From contig DAHJ01000025.1 in assembly GCA_002495905.1 (NCBI GenBank), positions 21,995 through 85,994 on the forward strand: DNA of 64,000 nt, written 5' to 3'. How positions within the stretch are numbered: the stretch's first letter is position 1; every line of letters begins with the position of its first letter. Of this stretch, positions 29,598 through 38,796 are shown in pieces. Both the position numbers and the translations under genes were made by a program. Origin of the DNA: Thaumarchaeota archaeon UBA223 (GTDB lineage: Archaea > Thermoproteota > Nitrososphaeria > Nitrososphaerales > UBA57). The notes under the pieces were generated by a model. It saw only the letters and a list, made by a program, of their open reading frames with translations, was not told where the DNA came from and searched no databases.

Positions 29598-29673
29598 TGG
29601 GGCGAGGGAGATTTGAACTCCCGATCACTTGCTCCCAAAGCAAACATCTTAGACCAGACTAGACAACCGCCCC
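29598..29673 (-). tRNA. tRNA-Pro(TGG), intronless
   Basis: Reverse complement GGGGCGG...TTTGC-TTTGGGA-GCAAG...GGGAGTTCAAATCTCCC-TCGCCCCA. Confidence 0.93.
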
Positions 29674-29775
29674 AATAACACATAATCATTAATATAAAAA
29701 AGGATATCGAGATTTGAAAGAATTAGGTCAAAATATGTTAAGCTTTATATCCAATTTTTATTTATATAGTATATC

Positions 29776-31863
29776 TTGTCAACAATGCCTTACAAAACAT
29801 CAAAAAGAGTAAGGACAATATATTCGGTTATTGCGTCCTCAAATCGTTTAGACATATTGAGAATATTGAATTCTAAGGGTCCTTTAAGTTATTCTGAATT
29901 AAAGACACTGGCAGGATTTAAATCGAAAAAAGAGTCAGGTAAATTTGCATATCATTTAAGAAAACTAGTAAAACAAATGTTGGTCACATTAAATAGATCA
30001 GAAAGGAGATATAATGTAACAAATCTAGGAAGATTAATTCTGAATTTAACAAGGCAAATAGAAGAACAAAGTGTAATAGAAAGTGGAAAGATCTATGTTA
30101 GAACATCAAAAGAGATGATGGAAGAATTCAAGCCAGATAAGATTTTACAAGCATTGGTAAAAGAGGCAGGAATGCCTGTAGATTTAGCGCAAAAAATGAC
30201 AAGTGAAGCTGAAGCAAGGTTATATAAATTTCAAACAAGTTACCTTACTGCTCCGCTAATAAGAGAAATAGTAAATGCATTGTTAATTGAGCACGGATAT
30301 GAAGAATATAGACACAAATTAACGAGAATTGGTCTTCCAATTCATGATGTTACACAGATGTTAAAACAAAGTACAAGAAGTGACAATGGAGTATCGTCAT
30401 TAGTTACACAAACCTCAAAAGAAGTATTTTCTGAATATCTTCTACTAAATCAATTATCAAGAGATGTAACTGATGCGCATTTATCAGGAGATATACATAT
30501 TTCCAATTTAGGAGTTTGGGGTTTAAAGCCAGATACTGCTTTTGTGAATCTGAGTTCACTGCCAGTACAAGGAATAAAGGTGAAAGGAAAATTACTCAGT
30601 TCAGTAAAGATCAATAAAGCAGAAAATTTTTCAGACAGTATTGCGAATATAGTTCTACTTACAACAGAATTAAGTAAAGAAATAAACATAGAAATAGCAT
30701 ACAACAATTTTATAGATTATATAATTAATTTTATTGATAACAAAGCTTCTAATTCAAAAGATAGTCTAGTGCAAATGTTCAAAATGATTTCACAAGTAGT
30801 ATCTGATGGCACTAGTCCATTTGTATCACTAAATCTAAACGTCCAAAAAAATTCTAAAATCGAGAATAAACAACTAGTAAAATTATATAAATTAATTTTA
30901 GAGAGTTATGAGGAATATATACAAACCATAGCAATACCAAAAATAACATTAATATTGCCATTAATTGATTCAAAGAATCCAGAATTAAGTAAGAAGTTAT
31001 TTACAATCATAAAGAAAGGAGGTTATATTGCAATAAATAATGATGTAAAGAATAATTTTTCTTATACAGGAATAAATAAATCAATGATTAAAAATTCTGC
31101 AGGAGGAAATATTGTCCTACATGCAGTTTCAATAAATCTACCAAGACTTGCATACGAATCAAATAAAGATGATACATATTTTAGAGCAAAAGTGAATTTA
31201 ATATTAAAAACTGCAATTTCAGCATTATCTACTAGAAGAGAAATAATAGATGACATGACAGGAAAGGGTTTGTTGCCATTATTGAACATAAATACTGGAA
31301 TAATTTCTAGTCAAAAAATTCCACTCATAATTAATTTTACAGGCTTAGATGAAGCAATAGATAGTCTTTTAGGCACAAAATCAACTTCAAAAGAAAGAGG
31401 AAAGCTAGCTGGAAAAATCATAGATACGGCTATGGAGGAGATTACAAATTCAGGGAAGAAATTAGGAGAGGAATTCGGATTATCGTCTATTGTAGATGAC
31501 TCGGCAAAGAGATTTACAGATATTGATATAGAGAAATTTGGTAAGGCTCGAGTAATTAATAAATCAGATTCTAAAGAATATCAACAATCCATAATACTTG
31601 ATCTAGACGAACAAGAAAAAATTAATGAAGTAAATACTTATGTAAATAAATTTAAAGGCGGTTATTCTGTATACATAGATACTACAAATTCAACAATTAA
31701 GAATTTTCAAGAAATAACGAATAAAATATCACAAAAAATTGGATTTTTCAAATATCATTGTAAATTAAAAGTGTGTATTTCTTGTGCGTATAAGAATATC
31801 CATAATACAGAAAAATGCAGTAATTGTAATTCAACATCATTACAGGAATATCCGGTAAATTAA
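29776..31863 (+). CDS. ArsR-like HTH + ATP-cone + degenerate class III RNR (NrdD)-like fusion
   Basis: RLDILRIL...FAYHLRKL HTH; VRTS...EEF...KI...L..EA cone; HLSGDIHI, SINLPRLA, GLDEA NrdD-like motifs; C-terminal Zn ribbon; no RxxGY glycyl loop. Confidence 0.8.
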   Translation: MSTMPYKTSKRVRTIYSVIASSNRLDILRILNSKGPLSYSELKTLAGFKSKKESGKFAYHLRKLVKQMLVTLNRSERRYNVTNLGRLILNLTRQIEEQSVIESGKIYVRTSKEMMEEFKPDKILQALVKEAGMPVDLAQKMTSEAEARLYKFQTSYLTAPLIREIVNALLIEHGYEEYRHKLTRIGLPIHDVTQMLKQSTRSDNGVSSLVTQTSKEVFSEYLLLNQLSRDVTDAHLSGDIHISNLGVWGLKPDTAFVNLSSLPVQGIKVKGKLLSSVKINKAENFSDSIANIVLLTTELSKEINIEIAYNNFIDYIINFIDNKASNSKDSLVQMFKMISQVVSDGTSPFVSLNLNVQKNSKIENKQLVKLYKLILESYEEYIQTIAIPKITLILPLIDSKNPELSKKLFTIIKKGGYIAINNDVKNNFSYTGINKSMIKNSAGGNIVLHAVSINLPRLAYESNKDDTYFRAKVNLILKTAISALSTRREIIDDMTGKGLLPLLNINTGIISSQKIPLIINFTGLDEAIDSLLGTKSTSKERGKLAGKIIDTAMEEITNSGKKLGEEFGLSSIVDDSAKRFTDIDIEKFGKARVINKSDSKEYQQSIILDLDEQEKINEVNTYVNKFKGGYSVYIDTTNSTIKNFQEITNKISQKIGFFKYHCKLKVCISCAYKNIHNTEKCSNCNSTSLQEYPVN

Positions 31864-32215
31864 ATTATTTTTATAACTAGGAAGTCATAAACAGTTGACA
31901 GAGTAATTCTATATTAACAAAAAACAAAGCCCAAAATAAACAGATTGAATCAATTAACAGGTATTTTCATGTATAGAATAAGTATTGAGTTATTCAATTG
32001 AAAAATTTTTTGTCAATAAAGTTTACCACATTATTTCTTATACAAATTTATCTATAGAGTGATATGAATAGAACAATTTTTAATTGTAATAAAAAAGAAA
32101 TACAGAAAATTAATTTAATCGACAATCACTTAATAGATGTTAATTCACCGGATAAAATGATAAATGCTCATATACTTGTAGTACATAGTAAATTGTCCTA
32201 ATGGGGTTTTGAGTT

Positions 32216-34618
32216 TTGGAAATTAATGATATTTTATCTGAAAATGTAATGAAGGTCTTGAAAGCAAGATATTTATTAAAATTCGAAGATGGTAGACAAG
32301 AAAGTCCAGATGAATTATTTCTAAGGGTTGCAGGAGCAATAGCAAGCGCAGATGAAGAATATCAAGATTTTGATAGTAAAGAATCAAAAGAAATATTTTA
32401 TAAAATGATGAAAAATTTCGAATTTTTGCCAAATTCGCCTACTTTGATGAATGCAGGAGCGCCATTAGGTCAATTATCAGCCTGTTTCGTATTACCTGTG
32501 GAAGATGAAACAAGCTCAATAATGGACGCAGTGAAGACACAAGCAATAGTACAGAAAACAGGAGGAGGAACAGGTTTTTCATTCTCAAAATTAAGACCTG
32601 AAGGAGATCAAGTTGGATCAACAGGTTCTGTAGCATCTGGACCCGTATCATTTATGCAATTATTTGATAAATGTACACAAGTGATTAAACAAGGAGGAAA
32701 AAGACGAGGGGCAAATATGGGAATAGTAAATATAGAACATCCTGATGTTTTAGAGTTCATTGAAATGAAAAGAAACAACATGAAACTTCCAGAAGAAGCA
32801 AAAATTATGAAAGAATTCAACGTATCAGTAGCAATAACTGATGATTTTATGAGCAGGTTAGAAAAGGAAGACTATCATAAATTTATCAATCCAAGAACAG
32901 GAGAAGAAGTTTTGAAATGTAACAAATGTAGAAAAAATGTTTTTCCAAAACAAAACCAAGCAGAGTGCAGTCTATGCGATGGGAAAGGAGAAAGAATAAA
33001 GGCTAAAGAATTATGGGGAAAGATTATTGATTGTGCATGGGAATGTGCAGATCCTGGATTAATTTTCATAGATAAAATAAACAACAGTAATTCAAATCCT
33101 GTAAGAGAACATTTCAAGATTGAATCAACAAACCCATGTGGAGAGGTACCGTTGTTACCAAATGAAAGTTGTAACTTAGGTTCGATAAATGTAGCGAAAT
33201 TTACAAATGAAGAAAATAATGATATTGATTGGGATAAACTTAGAGAGTGTACAAGAAATGCAATACATTTTCTTGATAACGTAGTTACAAAAAATCAATA
33301 TCCAACAAAAGAAATTGAAGAATTGTCACGTAACATGAGAAGACTAGGACTAGGAGTAATGGGATTAGCAGATTTATTGAGTAAATTAAAAATAAAATAT
33401 GGATCTGATGAATCATTTAGATTTTCAAGAAAGTTAATGAAATTTATTTCAGAAGTAGCATGGAAGATGTCTGAAGAATTAGCAGAGAATAGAGGAACAT
33501 TTCCATACTGGGACAAGAGTGATTTTGCAAAGATTGGAAGAAAAGTTAGAAACGTAAATTGTACAATAATTGCTCCTACAGGTTCAATAGGTACAATAGC
33601 AAATTGTTCTCCAGGAATAGAACCTCATTTTGCATTAGTATTCGTAAGACATTCTAGAATTAAAGAAAGAAGTGAAGAATTCGAGGAACTTCATTATTTG
33701 AATGAATCATTTGCGATAGCTCTAGAAGAACACAACATTAATCTCGATAAAGAAAAGATAAGCGAGATTTCTGCAAATGGAGGAAGTATTCAAAATCTAT
33801 CATGGATTCCAAGAGAAATAAAAGAAATGTTTCCAATTGCCGCTGATTTATCAGGAGAACAACATGTACTAATGCAATCAGCTTTTCAGGAATTTGTTGA
33901 TGATGGAGTAAGTAAAACAATCAACCTCGCAAATGAGGCTACAAAAGAAGATGTAAATAATTCTTATAGATTAGCTTATAATACTCATTGCAAAGGCATA
34001 ACAGTATATCGTGATGGTTGTTTAGATGTACAAGTATTGGAAACAGACAAAACAAAGAATTTAAGAGGAGATAATAAAGATAAACAATCTGCACATGTTT
34101 TACCAGGAGGATATAAGCGTCCTGAATATTTAGTAGGTAGAACTTATAGATTTACGTATACAAATAGTGGATTATTTATTACAATAAATAGAGATCAAGA
34201 AGGAAGACCAAGAGAAGTATTCATAGAAAGAGGCAAATCAGGCGATGAAGAAAAGGCAGCATATGAAGGTATGGGAAGACTAATCTCGATTGCATTGCAA
34301 TCCGATGTAGATGTAAAGGCAATAATTAAAACAATGCGAGGAATACAAACAAAGAATGTATCTTGGCATCAAACAAAAGGTACTAGCATACCAATTAGAT
34401 CAGTTCCAGATGCAGTTGCACATGCATTAGCTGATTCCATACATACAGAACCAGAAGTACCAATACCAGAAACAGAAGAAATAAAAAATGAATTATTAGA
34501 AATAACAGGATCTAGTTCAAATAACATGAGTAAATGTACTGCGTGTGGAGAAATGAGTTTAATTTATGCAGAAGGCTGCAGTAAATGTCTATCGTGTTCA
34601 TATTCCAGTTGTGGTTAG
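32216..34618 (+). CDS. nrdJ: Adenosylcobalamin-dependent (class II) ribonucleotide reductase
   Basis: PNSPTLMNAG, LSACFV, GGGTG, RRGANMG, TNPCGE, ESCNLGS, IAPTG, KGITVYRDG; C-terminal TSCPD-like domain (RSVPDA) and Zn ribbon. Confidence 0.95.
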   Translation: MEINDILSENVMKVLKARYLLKFEDGRQESPDELFLRVAGAIASADEEYQDFDSKESKEIFYKMMKNFEFLPNSPTLMNAGAPLGQLSACFVLPVEDETSSIMDAVKTQAIVQKTGGGTGFSFSKLRPEGDQVGSTGSVASGPVSFMQLFDKCTQVIKQGGKRRGANMGIVNIEHPDVLEFIEMKRNNMKLPEEAKIMKEFNVSVAITDDFMSRLEKEDYHKFINPRTGEEVLKCNKCRKNVFPKQNQAECSLCDGKGERIKAKELWGKIIDCAWECADPGLIFIDKINNSNSNPVREHFKIESTNPCGEVPLLPNESCNLGSINVAKFTNEENNDIDWDKLRECTRNAIHFLDNVVTKNQYPTKEIEELSRNMRRLGLGVMGLADLLSKLKIKYGSDESFRFSRKLMKFISEVAWKMSEELAENRGTFPYWDKSDFAKIGRKVRNVNCTIIAPTGSIGTIANCSPGIEPHFALVFVRHSRIKERSEEFEELHYLNESFAIALEEHNINLDKEKISEISANGGSIQNLSWIPREIKEMFPIAADLSGEQHVLMQSAFQEFVDDGVSKTINLANEATKEDVNNSYRLAYNTHCKGITVYRDGCLDVQVLETDKTKNLRGDNKDKQSAHVLPGGYKRPEYLVGRTYRFTYTNSGLFITINRDQEGRPREVFIERGKSGDEEKAAYEGMGRLISIALQSDVDVKAIIKTMRGIQTKNVSWHQTKGTSIPIRSVPDAVAHALADSIHTEPEVPIPETEEIKNELLEITGSSSNNMSKCTACGEMSLIYAEGCSKCLSCSYSSCG

Positions 34619-35550
34619 AAAGACGGATTTTCTGTAAAAATAAGATGTAGTAAAGTTGAACGAATTAATTTTCCAGCACTTACTTGATTAAAGTATTTTG
34701 CATACGGAGTATTATCAATTTCACCAGGTATTTCATCAGATCTTGGCATAGGATGAAGTAAAACAAGGTTTTCTTTTGCATTAGTAAGTAGATTGTTATC
34801 AATTTTATACGAACCTTTTACTCTTTCATACTCTTGTAAATCAGGAAAACGTTCTTTTTGAATTCGAGTAGTATAAATTACATCTAAATCAGAAATGATA
34901 TCTTGAAGATTTTCATGAACAGAAATATTTAGTGTATTTTTTAGTTCGATTAATGGGTCAGATCGAAGTTGAAGAGGTTTAGGAGAGACAAGATAGATAT
35001 TAGGTTTGTAATTAGATAGAGCGTATAAAAGAGAATAAACAGTTCGTCCGTATTTTAGATCTCCAAAGATTGCAATATTCAAGTTATCTACTTTTCCACA
35101 TTCATTCAGAATAGTATAAACATCCAACATTGCCTGTGTGGGATGTTCTTCGCTACCACTTCCGGCATTTATAATTGGGTTTTTACATATTTCGGAAGCA
35201 TATCTAGAAACGCCTTCACTAGCATGTCTTAATATTATAGCGTCCACGTATTGGTCCATCGTAAGTAAACTATCACTAAGATTTTCACCTTTTTGAGTAG
35301 ATGAATCAGATAAATTACCAAAGCTAATAGATTTGCCGCCCAAGGAATTCATTGCTGATTCAAAACTCAATCTAGTACGAGTACTAGGTTCAAGAAACAT
35401 TAGTCCAATTGATTTATTTTTTAACGAGTCATTAGGAAGAGATGTTTTAATTTCATTTGCAACATGAAACAAATAGTCTAAGTCAGGACGTTGAAAATCC
35501 TTTATCGAAACAATATCTCGGTTATAAAATGGATTTTTCAATCTTTTCAT
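34615..35550 (-). CDS. pyrB: Aspartate carbamoyltransferase catalytic subunit
   Basis: EPSTRTR, HPTQ, GDLKYGRTVYSL, RIQKER, HPMPR; start taken at MKRLK. Confidence 0.96.
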   Translation of the reverse strand: MKRLKNPFYNRDIVSIKDFQRPDLDYLFHVANEIKTSLPNDSLKNKSIGLMFLEPSTRTRLSFESAMNSLGGKSISFGNLSDSSTQKGENLSDSLLTMDQYVDAIILRHASEGVSRYASEICKNPIINAGSGSEEHPTQAMLDVYTILNECGKVDNLNIAIFGDLKYGRTVYSLLYALSNYKPNIYLVSPKPLQLRSDPLIELKNTLNISVHENLQDIISDLDVIYTTRIQKERFPDLQEYERVKGSYKIDNNLLTNAKENLVLLHPMPRSDEIPGEIDNTPYAKYFNQVSAGKLIRSTLLHLIFTENPSF

Positions 35551-35602
35551 TAGTTTATACACACATAAATATAAACGTTGCAAGAACTACAATTAACAGA
35601 AA

Positions 35603-36061
35603 ATGTCAGAAACTCATGATCTTAGAATAAATAGGATAAAACATGGAACTGTTTTAGATCATATTGTAGCAGGAAGGGCATTTAATGTATTATCGGCATT
35701 AGACATCAATGGTACTGATGGAAATCAAGTTTCGGTTGCAATGAATGTTTCTAGTAAACAGCATAAGAAAAAAGACATAATTAAAATTGAGAACAGGATA
35801 TTAGCAGTAGAAGAAACAAATCGTTTAGCATTGATAGCTCCACATTCAACAATTAATATTATTGAGAATTATGAGATAATCGAAAAGAGAAATGTAGAAT
35901 TACCTAAGAAATTCACAGGAGTATTCAAGTGTACAAATCCAACTTGTATTTCAAATTCAAATGAACCAATTATTTCAGAATTATTAATCATTAATCAAGA
36001 CCCGCCAAGTTTAAAATGTAAATATTGTACAAGAATTTCATTAACTGAAGAAATATTATAA
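35603..36061 (+). CDS. pyrI: Aspartate carbamoyltransferase regulatory subunit
   Basis: GTVLDHI, KKDIIKIE, CTNPTCIS, CKYC. Confidence 0.95.
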   Translation: MSETHDLRINRIKHGTVLDHIVAGRAFNVLSALDINGTDGNQVSVAMNVSSKQHKKKDIIKIENRILAVEETNRLALIAPHSTINIIENYEIIEKRNVELPKKFTGVFKCTNPTCISNSNEPIISELLIINQDPPSLKCKYCTRISLTEEIL

Positions 36062-36077
36062 CAGACTAGAATTAAGA

Positions 36078-36290
36078 TTGATTATAAATAAAATAATAAA
36101 AAAAATATTTAGATTTGTTCCAACAATTTTAGTTGCATTTTTTTTATTAGCTGGAGCAACATCGGGGATATACATATACGAAACTATTGATAGTCCTATA
36201 GCAATAATTATTCCATTTATATTACCAATAATAGGACTAATAATAGCAATCCTGTTAATAATTAGATTAGCTAAAATAATTAATTACTAA
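36078..36290 (+). CDS. Small two-TM hypothetical protein
   Basis: 70-aa hydrophobic ORF, TTG start. Confidence 0.5.
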   Translation: MIINKIIKKIFRFVPTILVAFFLLAGATSGIYIYETIDSPIAIIIPFILPIIGLIIAILLIIRLAKIINY

Positions 36291-36295
36291 TTATT

Positions 36296-36616
36296 CTAGC
36301 TTCCGAGAATTAACAGAGCAACAACTATTCCGTAGATAGCGATAGCTTCTGCAAGTGCAGTAATGATTAAACCTTGTGTTTTTAGGTTTTCATTTTCTGC
36401 AGCGGCAGCTAAACCAGCTGAACCTGCTCGTGCAATTGCCATACCAGCACCTAATGCTGCTCCAGCAAATGCAATACCTGCACTAAGGAATTTCATTCCT
36501 TCTGCTTCAGAGGATGCGCTTCCTTCTTCTTGTGCATATGCTAATGGTACAAATTGAAGGAATACTGTTGCGATTATTGTCAATATTATAAATGATATTT
36601 TGTAGTTCATTTTCAT
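36296..36616 (-). CDS. atpK: A-type ATP synthase proteolipid subunit K/c
   Basis: Gly/Ala-rich hairpin, ALAEAIAIYG carboxylate; signal-like N-terminal extension. Confidence 0.92.
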   Translation of the reverse strand: MKMNYKISFIILTIIATVFLQFVPLAYAQEEGSASSEAEGMKFLSAGIAFAGAALGAGMAIARAGSAGLAAAAENENLKTQGLIITALAEAIAIYGIVVALLILGS

Positions 36617-36635
36617 TAACTCCTAATGTTCATAA

Positions 36636-36761
36636 TTATTTTTCCAATTCTTTATAAGCCTTGTCTTTTGCAGAAATAATTTCTTTTTTTAGTTCATCAA
36701 TATCAGATTCGTATTTCTTTTTAATTTTCTCACTTAATTTTTTATAATCTTTATTATCCAT
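36636..36761 (-). CDS. 41-aa charged helical protein, candidate ATP synthase G/H-like stalk subunit (not in ORF track)
   Basis: MDNKDYKKLSEKIKKKYESDIDELKKEIISAKDKAYKELEK*; GAGGTGA SD upstream; lies between atpD and atpK. Confidence 0.65.
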   Translation of the reverse strand: MDNKDYKKLSEKIKKKYESDIDELKKEIISAKDKAYKELEK

Positions 36762-36766
36762 TAATT

Positions 36767-37399
36767 TCACCTCTTTCGTTCAAGTATTTTTTTAACCATT
36801 TTTAATCTTGAAAAGTCTTCTCTTTCACGTTCTTCGAGAATAGAAGAAATATATTTAATAGATTCTTCGTAGCCGGGCATTATTACATAATCTAACGCAT
36901 TCAATAATCGTTGAGTTTTTTCAAGAGATCGTGCCAATTCAAGTATTGAATTTTCATATTCTGCAGCTCGTAAGATTCGAGGTAAGGCAAGTCTCATCAT
37001 TTGTGTTGCGTCGTCCAATTTAGAATCTGAATCAGCAAATCCATAATTTAAACCAATTTCTTTTTCACTTATAGAAATTGTAGGAATTCGTACGTCAACA
37101 ACGACTTTAACGTTTACATCAACATCAATATGTGAGGGAGATGTAAGTGCAATTGATTCAAGTTTTGATGAGCCCAAAGACATGTAAGCATTAAATAAAG
37201 ATCTATAGGCATTAGATAAAGGCTCGGACATTTCACTTCTGGCTTTACCTGCTTCGTCAATCATTTCATCAATGTTCTTAAGAAGTACATCTCGTTTATC
37301 TTCAAGAATCTTATAAACAGATTTAGCAACAACGAGACTTCTCTTAACTTTAATTAGTTCGATTTTTGTTGGTGGTGGACGTTTATTAGAACTCGACAT
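36767..37399 (-). CDS. atpD: A-type ATP synthase subunit D
   Basis: PTKIEL, LEDKRDVL, KTQRLLNAL, LEERERE. Confidence 0.95.
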   Translation of the reverse strand: MSSSNKRPPPTKIELIKVKRSLVVAKSVYKILEDKRDVLLKNIDEMIDEAGKARSEMSEPLSNAYRSLFNAYMSLGSSKLESIALTSPSHIDVDVNVKVVVDVRIPTISISEKEIGLNYGFADSDSKLDDATQMMRLALPRILRAAEYENSILELARSLEKTQRLLNALDYVIMPGYEESIKYISSILEEREREDFSRLKMVKKILERKR

Positions 37400-37401
37400 T
37401 C

Positions 37402-38796
37402 TTACTTTACCTTCAAATATGAATCAATTTCATCTTGTTTGACTTTAGTTAATTCATCAACAGGTAATGTGCTAAACAAATCCCATGCAATTCCTAAAGT
37501 ATCCTCAAGAGTTCGATTTTCGTCAAATCCTTGTTTAAGGAATTTATTTTCAAACAAGTCTCCAAATTCAAGATATTTAATATCATTTGGTGCAAGACCA
37601 GCTTTTCCTACAATTTCAGCAAGAGCTCTAAGTTCCAATGCACGAGAATATGCACTATATAATTGGCTACTGACATTTTGATGATCATTACGTGTTTTGC
37701 CTTCTCCGACACCTTCTTTCATAAGACGGCTCAAACAAGAAAGAATACTTACAGGAGGATAGATTTCCTTTCGATGTAAATCACGTCCTAAAACTATTTG
37801 GCCTTCCGTAATATAACCAGTAAGATCAGGAATAGGATGAGTAATATCATCTGAAGGCATAGAAAGAATTGGAATTTGTGTAAGACTTCCATTTGTTCCT
37901 TTAATTTTACCTGCACGTTCATAAATTGTTGCAAGGTCAGTATATAGATATCCAGGATAGCCTTTTCTTCCAGGAACTTCTTCTCTAGCTGCACTAATTT
38001 CTCTTAATGCTTCAGCATAATTTGTCATATCACTAATTATTACAAGAACATGTGTATTCTTTTCAAATGCTAGATATTCAGCAGCGGTAAGTGCTACACG
38101 AGGAGTGATAATTCTTTCAATGGCAGGATCATCTGCAAGATTAACGTAAAGAATACTTCTTTTCAATGCGCCGCTTTCTTCTAAGGATTTTCTAAAGAAT
38201 GCAGCTTCACTATTTTGTACACCAATTGCTGCAAAAACTACAGCAAATTCTTCGCCCTTTCCTGGAACAGTAGCTTGACGAGCTATTTGAGCAGCTAAGA
38301 GATTATGTGGAAGTCCTGCACCTGAAAATATAGGTAATTTTTGACCTCGAACAAGAGTATTAAGACCGTCAATAGATGAAACACCTGTTTGAATAAAGTC
38401 TTCAGGAAAGTCACGACGTTCAGGATTGATAGATTCTCCGTTAATATCAATGAACTTTTCGCCAACAGGATCGGGAAGGCCGTCAATAGGTCTACCAAGA
38501 CCATCAAAGACTCTGCCCAATAATTGATCAGAAACAGGAATTTCCATAGTTTTTCCTAAAAAGCGAGTTTTTGTTTCGGAAACAGATAAACCGGTTGTTC
38601 CTTCAAAGACTTGTACAACAGCATTTCCTCCTCCAATTTCAAGAACACGACCTAAACGTTTTGTGCCAGCAGGAGTTGTAATTTCTACTAATTCATCAAA
38701 AGCAGAACTTGTTACGCCATTAATAATTAACAAGGGTCCTTTAATCTCAGAAATATTAGTATATTCTAAACCTGAAGATCTATTTTGTGTCGACAA
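37402..38796 (-). CDS. atpB: A-type ATP synthase subunit B
   Basis: [37 protein letters not shown]. Confidence 0.97.
   Translation of the reverse strand: MSTQNRSSGLEYTNISEIKGPLLIINGVTSSAFDELVEITTPAGTKRLGRVLEIGGGNAVVQVFEGTTGLSVSETKTRFLGKTMEIPVSDQLLGRVFDGLGRPIDGLPDPVGEKFIDINGESINPERRDFPEDFIQTGVSSIDGLNTLVRGQKLPIFSGAGLPHNLLAAQIARQATVPGKGEEFAVVFAAIGVQNSEAAFFRKSLEESGALKRSILYVNLADDPAIERIITPRVALTAAEYLAFEKNTHVLVIISDMTNYAEALREISAAREEVPGRKGYPGYLYTDLATIYERAGKIKGTNGSLTQIPILSMPSDDITHPIPDLTGYITEGQIVLGRDLHRKEIYPPVSILSCLSRLMKEGVGEGKTRNDHQNVSSQLYSAYSRALELRALAEIVGKAGLAPNDIKYLEFGDLFENKFLKQGFDENRTLEDTLGIAWDLFSTLPVDELTKVKQDEIDSYLKVK

Noticed and set aside
26300..29673. tRNA cluster as an integration site for a genomic island
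   Set aside because: No duplicated tRNA 3' end or integrase was seen, and the flanking genes look native.
29776..31863. Functional anaerobic class III ribonucleotide reductase
   Set aside because: It has no barrel cysteine, no glycyl-radical motif and no adjacent activase.
32216..34618. Intein in nrdJ
   Set aside because: The length is ordinary, and no C/S...HN splice junctions or LAGLIDADG motifs were seen.
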